Below are positions 16,505-30,580 of a stretch of 64,000 nt of DNA, one piece after another. The position numbers and the translations under genes are program-made. The notes beneath the pieces are model-generated. The model ran no database searches, was not told where the DNA came from, and saw only the letters and a program-made list of their open reading frames with translations. This stretch comes from Eledone cirrhosa (lineage: Eukaryota), in the NCBI GenBank assembly GCA_964016885.1, contig OZ024741.1, forward strand, positions 159,588,001 to 159,652,000, in the 5' to 3' direction. The stretch's first letter is position 1. Each line of letters opens with the position of its first letter.

Positions 16505-17700
16505 CAGGCTTCTTCTTCTTCGTCCTCAAACACTCCTTCCAGTGGGTCCTATCACCAGCAACCGTCTCCAACTGATCCGACTGAATCTCCAAGCGAGAAC
16601 AGCCAAGTTTATGGATGTTATCCAACCATCTTGCTCGGGTCACCCCTGGGTCGCTTGCCGGTTGGTTTTGCCCATAAAATCTCTACAGCAAGTCTTTCCT
16701 GAGACATTCTAACTACTTGCCCAAAGTAATGAAGCCGTGATCTCCCAATTCGGAGAGGTAGCGGATCTATCTGGAGTGACTCTGATCTCCGAGCTACTCA
16801 TTCTATCGATTAACGTTATTCCAAAGATCCTTCGGAGGAAACCCATTTCGGCCGCTTGTATTTGCGATCGTATTCTTTCGGTCATTAAACAAGATTCATG
16901 GCCATAGGCAAGCGTTTGCATGAATATACAATTGAAGATTGCGAGGTGGGCTTTTACACCTACCCTCCTTCTTCTGATTACTGAATGGTGAAGCTCGCGA
17001 GGTGGAGAAAATACTTTGCTGATCTCCTAAACCCGATCACAACAACATCTTCTGATGCACACGAGGTGAATCTGGGAGCAGTGACTAATCTCTCATAAGC
17101 AGTTAAAGAACTTAAATGTGACAAGGCCGCTGGGGAAGATGAAATCCAGCTCGAGATGTTAAAAGCCTTAAATAGAGAAGGTATTCTCTGGCTAACTCAC
17201 GTGGCATGGATATCTGGAAAGGCACCGAAGCAATCGCAATCGGGAGTGATAATCCCAATTACAGAGGGATCGCTTAGTTAACGTCTATGTTAAGTGTCTG
17301 GCAAAGAAATGCAGGGAGATTGTTGAGTCCAAGGTAGCTGAAGAACGGTGTTGTTTTCGCCCCGAACACAGCACACCCGACCAAATATTCACATTGGAGC
17401 AGGTCTTCGAGAAATCGTGGGAATATTGCCAAGAGGTATAATCTTGTTTTGTCGACCTTGAAAAGGCATATGACCGCGTTTCTCGGGACTTGCTGTGGTA
17501 GGTTGTGCAGGAGTATGGGATCAATGGTCAGCTTCTTGTTGGCTTGATGTCTCTATACGAATACCCGAGTATTTGCGTTCGAATAAATGATGCTGAATCG
17601 AAGCCATTCAATGTGGGAGTCGGTTCCACCAACGGAGTATTCTGGCACCTCCCCTGTTCATTATTTACATGAACAGGATTGACATGTGAAGCCGGGTTGG
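16505..17700 (-). mobile_element. Degraded RTE LINE with inverted 5' segment
   Basis: Minus strand 16505-17000 has TLAYGHESCLMTERIRSQIQAAEMGFLRRI and a (GAA)n tail. Plus strand 17030-17700 has KAAGEDEIQLEMLK and CFVDLEKAYDRVSRDLLW. Confidence 0.8.
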
Positions 17701-18124
17701 AAGTGGTATCATGAATGGCGCAATAAGTCACGCACTGGGGTCGATTTAATCGACTTTCCTCTCCCCCCAAATTGCTGGCCTTGTGCCTATATAAGAAACC
17801 AATATTTCATTGGCGGAGTTTCGAAATAAGCATATCACCGTATTTTTTTCTAAGTTTGAAGGTGCACTAGTACAACGCGACGGGCCCTCTGGACTAGAAA
17901 AATGAAAGTGTGCACAGTAATACAAATTAATTACACAACACACATTAGCATAATATTCAAGATAAAAGGACAAGAAAACAACATTGCAGAACAAACGCGA
18001 AATTCGCAGAGTACATCTGGACTATAGCTTTAGATGTATACCAGGAATTATTAGGACGCTTGGTTATGTAGTTAAGAGCATTCAGTAATCAGAAGGAAGG
18101 AAGTATGGGTATTAGTGAACACTT

Positions 18125-18520
18125 ATCTGTGTTCATGAATCTTGGGTAATGACCGAAAGAATACGATCGCGAAAAGAAGCAACCGAAACGGGGTTCCTCC
18201 GAAGGGTCTTTGGAGTAACGTTACTTGATAGAGTACGCAGCCTGGGGATTAGAGAGTTACTCCAGGTAGAAACACTACTTCTCTGAATTGAGAGATCTCA
18301 GCTTCGATACTATGTGCATGTGGTTAGAATTTCGTAAGAAAAAATTCGCTAAACAGATTTTACGGGCAAAAAAAAAAAAAAAAATACTGGCAGGAGACCC
18401 AGGGGTAGACTCTGAGCAAGATGGTTGGATAACATCCATGAGCTCGGCTGGTCTCACTTGGAAACGGTTGCTTCTGATAAGACCCGCTAGAACGAGTATT
18501 AGATGACTCTGCCGCCACAA
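18125..18520 (+). pseudogene. RTE LINE 3' remnant, same family as 16505-17000
   Basis: HESWVMTERIRSRKEATETGFLRRVFGVTLLDRVRS. Confidence 0.78.
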
Positions 18521-19382
18521 CCCCCCTTCTCTTTCTCTCTCTCTCTAAGAAGAAAAAGAAGAAGAAAAAGAAAAAGAAAAAGAAAAAGAAAAAGAAAAAG
18601 AAAAAAAGAAGAAAAAGAAGAAGAATAACAAGAAGAAGAAAAGGAAGAAGAGGAAGAAGAAAAAGAAAAAAGAAGACGAAGAAAAAGAAGAAGCAGAAGA
18701 AAGAAGAAGAAGAAGAAGAAGAAGAAGAAGAAGAATATAAAGAAGAAGAAGAAGAAGAAGAAGAAGAAGAAGAAGAATATAAAGTAGAAGAAGAACAACA
18801 ATAATATTGAAAACCTAAGTTTCATAAAACTAAAAAGAAAACGAAAATAAAAAGACGATCAATTCAGAAATTACAACTACTAGCCTCTTAATAGAACTGT
18901 GAAAATATGTGAAACATTCCAGAAGTTTAGCATGCATTTATATATATATATATGCACACACACACACATACACGCGCGCACCACAGACACACACACCACA
19001 TAACACACATGCACACACACACACATATATATATATGTGCATACATAAAAATAGACAAACCAACACACGAAATGGTATGCATTATTGCATGCTAACACGC
19101 ATACATTCATACAAACAAAATACATACATACACATACATACACGCACACAAATATTCATACAAACAAAATACATATATACACATACACACACACATACAT
19201 ACAAACATTCATACAAACAAAATACATATACACATACATACAAACACACATACATACAAACATACATACAAACATACATATATACATATATATATATATA
19301 CACATACATATCTACGCATACACATATACTTATATACATACATATCTACACATATATACATACACACACACACACGCACACG

Positions 19383-19437
<55 letters not shown>

Positions 19438-19818
19438 CTACACATACATACATATACATATACATATACATGAGTGTACGTATACATACGTATAAACATA
19501 CACGCATAAATCCCTACACATATACAGATATAAACACACATCAACTCTCACAGATACACACTCACACACAGACACACAGACACACAGACACACAAACAAG
19601 ATGGTTTCGTGATTTAATTATCCAAGAGATTTTTTCAAATATTTGTTAAGCCTAAAGATATATTTTGAAAACTAAATTAATATTTCTGGGATTCTCTAGA
19701 AAATAATGTTTCTAATATGTTAATCGTCTTGTATTCCCCGTGTTAATAATATCTGCTTTGTTGTTGCTACTCTACTATATTATATCTCATTATATATCAT
19801 CAATCTATGCATATCTAC

Positions 19819-19851
<33 letters not shown>

Positions 19852-20208
19852 TGTATGTATGTATGTATGTATGTATGTATGTATGTATGTATGTATTATG
19901 TATGTATGTATGTATGTATGTATGTATGTATATATGTTTGTATATATATATATATATATATATATTAGTATATATATTTGTATAAAAATATGTGTATATA
20001 GATATGTATATGCATATAGATATGTATGTATATATATATATATATTTCTATATAATTATGTATGTGTATATAAATACGTATGTGTATATAGATATGTATG
20101 TATATATATATATATATATAATATATATATATATTTCTATATAATTATGTATATATATATTATTATATATATAGTTATATATAATTATGTATGTATATAT
20201 ATATATGT

Positions 20209-20585
20209 ACAAATGGAAACTATATTTATAAAACCATATTTATTTCATTATACATGTTTCAAGGACACCAAGTTAAATTATGGTGTGCTTTCATCAGATA
20301 AAATATAATATAGATCAGTTTTATAAATAAATATTGACATACCTTTATTTATAAAACTGATCTATATTATTTATAAAACTGATCTATATTATATTTTATC
20401 TGATGAAAGCACACCATAATTTAACTTGGTGTCCTTGAAACATGTATAATGAAATAAATATGGTTTTATAAATATAGTTTCCATTTGTTAATATATCGTA
20501 TTTTTACTCCAATAATTTGTTGAGTGCTTTATATCAGTTATAAAAATATTTGCTTGTTGTATCCCAACAATTTAAATAGAACTTC

Positions 20586-20590
<5 letters not shown>
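20209..20590. mobile_element. Foldback pLTR-only insert related to the Naiad pLTR, HHR motif in both arms
   Basis: Near-perfect arms 20209-20330 and about 20367-20488. HHR at 20392-20456 is tattttat CTGATGA aagcacacca..tggtgtcctt GAAA catgta TA atgaaata. Tail ends TCTACAT, similar to the CCTACAT tail end at 9940. Confidence 0.82.
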
Positions 20591-20650
<60 letters not shown>

Positions 20651-20839
20651 TACGTTCATACACAAAATAAAAGCACTACCTAAGGCTTCAAGCCCCAATT
20701 TTTCACACCGACGGATACTTCTATACACGCACCACGCACACAAACACACACATATATATGTATGAATTATATATATATATATATATATATTTATGAAAGT
20801 AAAACAAAGAAGCCTTCAATACATCAAAAGTCTTTATTA

Positions 20840-20877
20840 GCCAACAATGTTTCGTCCTATTAAGGACTCATCAGGGC
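20840..20877 (-). ncRNA. Minimal canonical-core hammerhead motif
   Basis: gcc CTGATGA gtcc-ttaata-ggac GAAA cattg TT ggc. Helix I is only 3 bp. Lies in a short insert next to (TA)n. Confidence 0.68.
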
Positions 20878-20971
20878 AATTAAAACAACAAGAAGTATTA
20901 TCGGCCAATACAAGCCGAAAACTCCGAAGAATATGGAGTGTACATACACTAAAGTATTGCAAGATTATTAT

Positions 20972-21155
20972 ATGGATTGGCAGTATCGGTAGAGAGTCGG
21001 ACGCCATGCTTTGAAGCATAGAGTTACGTCCCTTTATGATCTGAGTTCAAATCCCGCCGAGGTTAACTTTGCCTTTCATCCTTACGGGGTCGATAAAATA
21101 AAGTACCAGTAATGTACTGGTGAATTGCTGGCCTTGTGCCTAAAATAGAAACAAT

Positions 21156-21186
<31 letters not shown>

Positions 21187-21875
21187 AGAAAGTGAGGTTT
21201 TATACAAAATGAATAATAACCGAGGTGTCCTGCACGAGAGAAAGTATAAAGAAAAAAGATGATACCGAACATGCAACTGGAGTCTTATTTTTAAAAAAAT
21301 ATATATATTTATTTGGTTCCTTTACCGGTTTCGCAGTTCTTCTGCTTTTCAAAAGTAGAGTTGAGATGGAGGGTCTGTGGTTTTTTTTTAAAAATAAGAC
21401 TCCAGTTGCATTTTCAATTTCATCTTGTTTCCCTATATATATATATATACGTCGATAAAATAAAGTACCAGTAATGCACTGGGTATTTGCTGGCCTTGTC
21501 CCAAAAGTAGAAACAATTATTATCCCGCCGAGGTTGACTTTGCCTTTTATCCTTACGGGGTCGATAAAATAAAGTACCAGTAATGTATTGGGTTATTGCT
21601 GGCCTTGTGCCTAAAGTAGAAACAATTATTATCTCGTTGCAAGGGCGGTGGATTGGCACTATCGGTAGAGGGTCGGACGCCATGCTTTGCAGCATAGAGT
21701 TACGGCTCTTTATGATCTGCGCTCAAATCCAGCCGAGGTTAACTTTGCCTTTCATCCTTCCGGGGTCGATAAAATAAAGTACCAGTCACGCATTAGGGTC
21801 GATTTAATCGATTTTCCCCTCCCCAAAAATTGCTGGCCTTGTGCCTATATAAGAAACCATTATTATTATTATTAT
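20972..21875 (+). mobile_element. Cluster of main-family SINE copies and fragments interrupted by a foldback insert
   Basis: Family body at about 20975-21157, 21452-21522, 21523-21630 and 21645-21870. Confidence 0.85.
21185..21437 (-). mobile_element. Foldback insert in (TA)n with U3-A8 variant HHR at 21320-21355
   Basis: Arms about 21246-21299 and 21381-21436. Minus strand reads ctt TTGAAAA gcag-aagaa-ctgc GAAA ccgg TA aag. Confidence 0.68.
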
Positions 21876-22180
21876 TATTACTATTTACTACAGTTATTAT
21901 GGTTGTAGTCGTTGTAATTGTTGTCCTTGTTAGCGGTTATTCAATACGTACTTTTCAATTTTGCTTTCTTAACCTGATCCCATTGGACTTCCGCCATGTT
22001 TAGTTGTATCTATCACTCTATCTATCTGTCTATCTATCTATTGCGCTTTCTTTCTTTCTTTCTTTCTTTTTTCCTTTCTTTCTTTCTCTGTAGTACATTT
22101 GTGACGATCGGTTTCACCAATCCCATTATTCTACCACCATTTTCTATATGTGTATTTCTTCATTTCTTCTAATCTATGCA

Positions 22181-22219
<39 letters not shown>

Positions 22220-22438
22220 GCACGCACACACACACACACACATACACACACACACATATGTATATAAGTATATAAATCAATACAATGATAGATCATACAC
22301 TAACGCATTCAGTAGCTCATATTATATATATACACACACACACATATATATATACACACATATATATATACACACATATATATATACACACATATATATT
22401 TACACACACACACACGCACGCACACACACACACGCACG

Positions 22439-22585
<147 letters not shown>

Positions 22586-23144
22586 CTATATATCTATACG
22601 TACAATATACGTTTAATGAAACAGATCCAATCAGGGAACATAAGAAATCATGTATGCATTATGGGAATGTGTGTATATATTATATTATAAATATATTATA
22701 TAAATAATCAGTAGTTTCGTGTTCAAAGTAATATCTAATAAAAATTGTAGTCATGTGTGTATGTGTGTGTATATGTGTGCCTATCTACGTATGTGTACGT
22801 GTGTTTTTGTATGTGTGTGTATATCTAAGTCTATGTATATGCGTGAGTGTGTGTAAGTGCGTGTGTGTGTGTGTGCGCGCGCACGCGCGCACGTGTGTGT
22901 GCGTAATCTCTTATTAAATGATTCATATTTATTTCCCATAGAGATTCTGGTTTCTATTTAATTGCTGTTAGTAGATATACACACGGACTCACACACACTC
23001 ATAAGTAGATACGTACGTACCTACATATGTATGCTTGCATGTATGTGTGTATGTATCTACGTATGTGCGTATGCATGTATGCATGTATGTATGTGTTTTG
23101 TGATGTATATTTATTTTCTAACTGATCAACCTCAAATTTTAGGA

Positions 23145-24409
23145 CATGGCAGACACAACGAATGAAAAGACAAAACCCAATGAAAATTCCAGTACTAAAT
23201 TTTCTGTGTGAAACAGTACTATAAATATGGTTCGTACGAGCAGATCCAGGAGAAATTTCATGCAGATTTTGGAACGGACTAATCTTCTTTTAAAGCAATT
23301 ATACAAAACTGGGTAAAGAAGTTTGAGATCTTCGGGTCAGTGGAGAACTCCAATATAATGTCTGAGAACCGTCCTACTCATTCTGAACGACCCAAGAAGC
23401 GTACACAGGAGGTTATTGACACGTTTCGAAAGTCTGTTGAAGAGAGGTCAAAACGATCGCTTCGTAGAAGCCAATCCTTGGGTCTTTCCACAGAAACGTG
23501 GGGAAGGGTTGTCAATGAGGATCTTAAGAAGTATCCTTACAGAATACAGACTAAACAAACGCTTACTGTTGTTGATATGTCCAAGAGAAAGGCTATGGCT
23601 GAGAAAATTCTGGAGAAGAGGGAAAACAACCTCAATTTTCTGAATTTTCTGTAGACCTCTGATGAAGCCCACTTTCATTTAGAGGGAAAGATCAAGTCTA
23701 AGAATAATGGGTTCTGGGGTCAGAGAAACCCACTGCAGTAGCTATAAAAGCTCTTCACCTGGCTGAATGTACTTCTGAGAGAGTGTTAATTGGTCCATTC
23801 TTCGAAGAAAATGGTGTCACTGCTACAGTTATAAAGGGACGCTATATTAAGATCATGGAAACTTAAAAAAAAAAGAGCTATAGACCATGGAACCATCTCT
23901 AATGAATGCGTTCTGGTTCCAGAAAGACAGAGCAACCCTCCACACCTCCAATTAGTCGCGAGAATAGCTGAAAAATAAGTTTGAAAGTCATGGGATTAGT
24001 TTGATATCTGATTTTGAGTGGACCCCACACTGCCCTACCATCAGATTTCTTTCTTTGAGGCTATCTGAAGGATAGGGTGTATGTTAACAAACCCAGGACC
24101 ATCACTAAAGGAAAACATCATGGAGGATATTTTCCGGTCTGTTTATAAAGACGTACTATTCACCATGGGCCTCAAAAACTGCATGGATTCAAGTGGGACT
24201 CCTTGGACCTGGACAGAAACAGCAGAATATATGTTATTTTTGAGGGTTTGAACTAAACACATTCGGAGTTTCATTAGTTTTTGTCAAAGAATTAATAATG
24301 TAACTTTGACAACTTTAATAGGTTTTGGTCAGTATTGGCCCAGGCCATGTCTAACTTAATAGCACCAGGACAAAAATAAAAATGAACCAGTTTGTTTTGA
24401 GTCACCCTG
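23145..24409 (+). pseudogene. Degraded Tc1/mariner-superfamily transposase with right TIR
   Basis: TSDEAHFHLEG, IGPFF, FWFQKD and DFFL*GYLKDRVY motifs. Ends in ..GAGTCACCCTG followed by TA. Confidence 0.85.
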
Positions 24410-24823
24410 TACATATATAACTATATATTCGGAGTGTATATGAAAACATATACTAGATTTTTATATCACTAGCAAATGTTCATCATGCAAAATTCTATAT
24501 AGATTCCAATCTTTTCCATGCCAGTACTGGTGAATGTCACCGATGAAAGATTAAAAAATCTTGAAACAGCACTGTCTGACATTCTCGACCATATTGACAA
24601 CTCTGTAACATATAGAGAAAAATAGTTTTTTCATTACGAAAAAAATATTTTTCTTTGATAGCGAGGCTATCCATATGTTTATCATAAGCTAATGTCGATT
24701 GGAAAGATCATACCCAGCCTTCAAATGTGTGGCTTTATACAATTAATATATAAATTAATAATAATTTATATATTTATAAATTATAATCATATAATACAAT
24801 TAATAATACAATTTATACAATTA

Positions 24824-26186
24824 ATAATTGTTTCTACATTTGGCACAAGGCCAGCAATTATCTCAGTATATTACTGGTACTTTATTTTATCGACTCCGTA
24901 AGGATGAAAGGCAAAGTTAACCTCGGCGGGATTTGAACTCAGACCATAAAGGGCCGTAACTCTTTGCTGCAAAACATGGCGTCCGACCTTCTACCGATGT
25001 TGCTGATGCTGTTAATAATAATAATAATAGATTCTGATTTAGGCACAAGGCCTGCAGTTAGTCCGCGTATTACTGGTGCTTTATTTTATCAACTCCGTAA
25101 GGATGAAGCCAAAGCTAACTTCGGTGGGATTTGAACTCAGAACATAAAGGGCCATAACTCTATGCTGCAGCGCATGGTGTCTGACTCTCTACCGATACTG
25201 CCATTCCACCGCCCTGTTAATAATAGCTGTTTCTACTTTTTGACACAAGGCCAGCAAATTACCCAGTGCATTACTGGTACTTTATTTTATCGACCCAATA
25301 ATGATGAAAGAAAAAGTTAACCTCGGCAGGATTTAAAGTCAAAACGTAAAGGGCCATGACTCTATGATGCAAAAAATTGTGTCTGACGCTCCACCGATAC
25401 TGCCAATCCATCGCCTTTCATTGTAATAATTGTTTCTACTTTTGGCACAAGGCCAGCAATTATCCAGTACATTACTGGTACTTTATTTTATAGACCCCGT
25501 AAGGATGAAAAGGCAAAGCTAACCTCGGTGGGATTTGAACTCAGAACGCAAAGGGTCATAATTCCATGCTGCAAAGCATAGTCTCTGACGCTCTACCGAT
25601 ACTGCCAATCCACCGCCTTTCATAGTAATAATTGTTTCTACTTTTGGCACAAGGCCAGCAATTACCCAGTACATTACTGGTACTTTATTTTATCGACCTC
25701 GTAAGGATGAAAGGCAAAGTTAACTTCGGTGGGATTTAAACTCAGACCGTAAAGGACCGTAACTCTATGCTGCAAAGCATGGTGTCTGACTCTCTACCGA
25801 TACTGCCAATCCACCGCCTTTCATTGTAATAGTTGTTTCTACTGTTTGGCACAAGGCCAGCAATTATCCTAGTACATTACTGGTACTTTATTTTATCGAC
25901 CCCGTCTTGATGAAAGGCAAAGTTAACCTCGAATAATAATTGTTTCTACTTTAGGCACAAGGCCAGCAATTACTCAGTACATTACTGGTACTTTATTTTA
26001 TCGACCCCGTAAGGATGAAAGGCAAAGTTAACCTCAGCGGCATTTGAACTCAGACTGTAAAGGGACGTAACTATACTAGAAAGCATGGCGTCCAACCCTC
26101 TACCGATACTGCCAATATAATAATAGGGAATAATTGTTTCTACTTTTGGCACAAGGCCAGCAAATACCCAATGCATTACTGGTACG
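24824..26186 (-). repeat. Head-to-tail array of about 8 main-family SINE units
   Basis: Units start near 24826, 25030, 25226, 25425, 25626, 25830, 25937 and 26130, all in the same orientation. Confidence 0.92.
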
Positions 26187-26564
26187 TTATAATAACAGGG
26201 AATAATAATAGGGAATAATGAAATAAACTCTACATTCTTCTCTCTAGCGTTAACACCTTTAACCAACATTTTAAGCCAAACTAAAATTGAATACAGATGC
26301 TCAGAGAAGACAATCAACCGTCTTTTGCATATAGATGATTTCTCAAGTTGTAAGTTGAAGATGATAAAAACTAGAAACAACTGCTATGTTAGATAAAGAA
26401 ACAGAGATAAACGAATTTGATCAAACACAGACATTAAAATACTTATGAATTATTGAACTAGACAGTGTACAACAGACAAATAAAAGAAAAGGTTAGGAAG
26501 GAAGTTATAGACATAGTGGATTATGGATTAATACTTAAAAAGAAAGATTGATATCTCAAAAATC

Positions 26565-26789
26565 ATGATCATCAAAATCAAGATCATTGTCACTATCTCA
26601 TCAACAACGACAACACCACCATCAACACTATCCTCATCATCATCATCTTCATTATCATCAACATTTTCAGCAGCAGCAGAAGCAGCAACATGCTCCTCCT
26701 CCGACTCCACCTCGACCTCCTCCTCGACCTCCTCCTCCTCCTCCTCCTCCTCCTCCTCCTCCTCCTCCTCCTCCTCCTCCTCCTCCTCC

Positions 26790-26825
<36 letters not shown>

Positions 26826-27016
26826 GTATCACCCTCATCATCAATATCATCAACATTCTCTTCATCCTGATGATGATGATGATCATCATCATCATCAGCT
26901 TTAGAGGCAGCAGCAGCAGCAACATCGTCATCCACCTCATCATCATTATCGGCATCAGCAGCAACAAAAGTAGCAGTAGTAGCAGTAGTAGCAGTAGCAG
27001 CAGTAGCAGCAGCAGT
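26565..27016. repeat. Compound trinucleotide microsatellites (CAT/CCT/CAG/TAG)
   Basis: Direct inspection. Confidence 0.95.
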
Positions 27017-27475
27017 ACGCCAATGTTGTTAAAGCTTTTTAACCCTTAGAAACTTCACTTTTTTCTATATTTTCCCTTTATTTCAGCCCCCCCCCCCCTC
27101 CCCCCACACACACTCTCTTATTTATTTATTTGTTTATTTATTTGTTTATTTAATTCCTGAACTTCTGGTTTTCTTTTTAAGATATTTTTTGTTCTTTTAT
27201 TTTTAATTCAATTATCTCCCTTTGCAACTTGACTGCTTGACACTCTGATAACACAGCTTCTTACCTTTTCTTTGTAAAGGAAAAGATCGGTGTGGTGGCG
27301 CTGCAGGGCTAGTGAGCATGGATGTGGTGGCAAGGTGCAGAGAGCAAGAGAAAAGGACGTCTGTCTATCTCCCAGTCTTTATTTCTCACCACCTTTCAGT
27401 TAACTTACCTTATTTTGTTTCATTCTTTCCAACATCTATCTATCTACCTACCTACCTATCTATCTATCTATCTAT

Positions 27476-27549
27476 CGTTTTATTGTATGTAAACTTCCCC
27501 CTTTGTATTTGTCCCCTTCTTTTGTGCCCCTGTGGCTAATAAAGAAATA

Positions 27550-27605
<56 letters not shown>
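27476..27605 (+). mobile_element. Tx1 LINE 3' tip inside (TATC)n
   Basis: Matches about 56827-56918 (CGTTTTATTG..CCCTGTGGCTAATAAAGAAATATATCTATC). Confidence 0.88.
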
Positions 27606-27606
<1 letters not shown>

Positions 27607-27676
27607 GTGTGTCCGTCCGTCTGTCCGCCTGTCTGTTTGTTTGTCTATTTATCCCTCCCCCTCTCTCTATATATAT

Positions 27677-27847
27677 TGTAAATCAGGATGGATTCAGTTT
27701 GAAACTGGTAGACGCTTACTCAACAAAGTACTCGATACTGGGGTAGTAGAGTATTGTTATATTATATAGAGTCGGGTTCCTCAGTCTGGAACTAGCTGTT
27801 GAAACGGCAAGAGCTCAGCTGTCGGGTCCGGATTCTTTATAATATAT
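27677..27847. mobile_element. Diverged relative of family X foldback
   Basis: GAAACGGCAAGAGCTCAGCTGTCGGGTCC at 27801. Minus-strand bulged hairpin at 27730-27752. Short inverted arms. Confidence 0.7.
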
Positions 27848-27848
27848 A

Positions 27849-27926
27849 CAGGATGTCCCCCCAAAAGTTTACATTTATTTATTAGAATGATGTTGAACTG
27901 TGTATACTTTTTTTTGGGACACCATG
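27849..27926. mobile_element. Tiny Tc1-type MITE
   Basis: Imperfect TIRs CAGGATGTCCC and GGGACACCATG, flanked by TA on both sides. Confidence 0.6.
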
Positions 27927-28067
27927 TATATATTGGAAAAAAAAGCTCAGCCGTCGGGCACTACTCTTTTCAATACCTACACTTTACTTAGCTGAGTAAT
28001 AGTCTTACTAGTCTACACTAACTATCTCCTGAAGTTGAGGGTTGTTCTATCTACGGGGTATTAAACA

Positions 28068-28625
28068 ACCCATTTGTGGCGCCTTCCCATTATTGGGGAT
28101 TTCGATTGTTAAATTTGTTTGTTTCAATATTTTTACACGACTGTATGTAAAATCCCCGGCATGTCTTTGTATTGTCCCCTTTTCTTGTGCGCCCTTGTGG
28201 CAAATAAAGAAATCTATCTATCTATCTATCTATCTATCTGATAGATTCTTTTTTTCAAATACCACTTTGGAAGAAGAATCAGGATGGAGAGAGAGGTGCT
28301 GTACCCCAGCAACTTTTATGAAAGGTGGGTGAAAGTGGCGAGAATGGCCCGAGTGAATGGGCCTTCTCTCTATATCAGCCTGTAGGTTGAGGAAAAGGAG
28401 GAGGAGAGGAAAGGAGTACAAGCTCTTCGTACTCCTGGAGATGAGGGTTGCACATTTTTTTCGGGGGTATGTGTTACCCATATAAACTGTCTCCCCCTAT
28501 TGGGGAAAATCGACTAACTTTTAAATTCCATCTGTGATAACATTTTACACGTTTTTATTGTATGTAAACTTCCCCCTTTGTATTTGTCCCCTTCTTTTGT
28601 GCCCCTGTGGCTAATAAAGAAATAG

Positions 28626-28668
<43 letters not shown>
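28068..28668 (+). mobile_element. Two tandem Tx1 3' fragments (28068-28239 diverged subfamily; 28244-28668)
   Basis: Both end in AATAAAGAAAT plus (CTAT)n. The second matches 56519-56900. Confidence 0.88.
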
Positions 28669-28669
<1 letters not shown>

Positions 28670-29404
28670 CTATGTCGGTCTGTCCGTATATCTATCTATC
28701 AATCTATCTATCTATCGCGCTTTCTTCCTTTCTTTCTTTCTTTCTTACTTACTATCTTTCTTTCTTTCTTTCTTTCTTTCCTTTTCTTTCTATCTATCTT
28801 TTTTACTTTTCTTTCTTTTTTCTTTCTACCTCAATCTCTTTCGCTATTTTCTCCCCCTCTCTCTATTTCCCTTCCTTATCTAACCATCGTTACCACCATA
28901 TTCACCACCACAATCAAAACCACCACCACCATCATCACCACCACCACCACCACCACCATCACCGCCATCACCACTATCACCACTATCATCATCATTACCA
29001 CCATTACTACCATCACCACAATCATCACTATTACCATCATCACCATCATCACCACCACCATCACTACTATCACCACCATCACCACCATCACCACTTTCAC
29101 CCCCATCACCCCTCTTACCACCATCACTACCATCACCTCCATCATCACATTTGACATCATCATCACCACGAAAATAAAACCATTACACTACTATCTGTAC
29201 CACAACAGAACCAAAATCTGAAGCCACTACCACAACCAAAACCACTATCATCCACCACTCACCACCATCACTACAACGCCCACCACTTTCACTCCACCGC
29301 CACCACCTGCTAATCACCACCACCACCACAACCACCACCACCACCACCACCACCAACACCAACACCATCACCACCACCACCACCACCACCACCACCACCA
29401 CCAC

Positions 29405-30580
29405 CACTGATATAACCACTACAACCCTCATCACCACTATGACGCCCCACCCCCATCGCCATTATCACCACAACCATCACGCCCACCAGCACCAACATCA
29501 GCACCAGCACCACCGATATAACTACTACCTCTCCCATCACCACCACCACCGATATAACCACTAACTCCCCCATCACCACTATGACCCCCCCCACCATCGC
29601 CATCATCACCACAACCCACCACCACCAGCACCACCACCATCGCTATAACCACTACCTCCCCCATCACCACTATGACCCCCTCCCCACCATCGCCATCATC
29701 ACCACAACCCACCACTAGCACCACCAGCACCACCACCACCACCAATATAACCATTACCTCCCTTATCACCACTATGACCCCTCCCACCATCGCCATCATC
29801 ACCACAACCTACCACTAGCACCACCAGCACCACCACCACCACCGCTATAACCACTACCTCCCCCATCACCACTATGATCCCCCCACCATCGCCATCATCA
29901 CCACAACCCACCACCACCATCACCACCACCACCGCTATAACCATTACCTCCCTTATCACCACTATGACCCCCCCCCCCCCCCTCCTCACCATCGCCATCA
30001 TCACCACAACCCACCACTAGCACCACCAGCACCACCACCACCACCGATATAACCACTAACTCCCCCATCACCACTATGACCCCCCCATCGCCATCATCAC
30101 CACAACCCACCACCACCAGCACCACCACCACCGCTATAACCACTACCTCCCCCATCACCACTATGACCCCCTCCCCACCATCGCCATCATCACCACAACC
30201 CACCACTAGCACCACCAGCACCACCACCACCACCAATATAACCATTACCTCCCTTATCACCACTATGACCCCCCACCCCACCATCGCCATCATCACCACA
30301 ACCCACCACCACCAGCACCAGCACCACCGCTATAACCACTACCTCCCTTATCACCACTATGACCCCCCTCACCATCGCCATCATCACCACAACCACCACC
30401 ACTAGTACCACCAGCACCACCACCACCACCGATATAACCACTACCTCCCTTATCACCACTATGACCCCCCCCACCACTATGACCATCATCCCCACCACCA
30501 CCAGCACCACCACCACCACCACCAATATAACCACTACCACCCTCATCACCACTATGACGCCCCACCCATCGCCATCATCC
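29405..30580. repeat. ACC-rich minisatellite, about 90-120 bp unit
   Basis: About 12 copies of TATAACCACTACCTCCCCCATCACCACTATGACCCC..ATCGCCATCATCACCACAACC. Confidence 0.92.

Noticed and set aside
24824-26186. Possible CRISPR-like or tRNA gene array
   Set aside because: Units are about 190-bp SINEs with no unique spacers, and I could not fold a full tRNA cloverleaf. The context is eukaryotic.
29405-30580. Possible mucin-like or Gly-rich coding repeat
   Set aside because: Unit lengths vary by non-multiples of three through C-run changes, so no frame is maintained.
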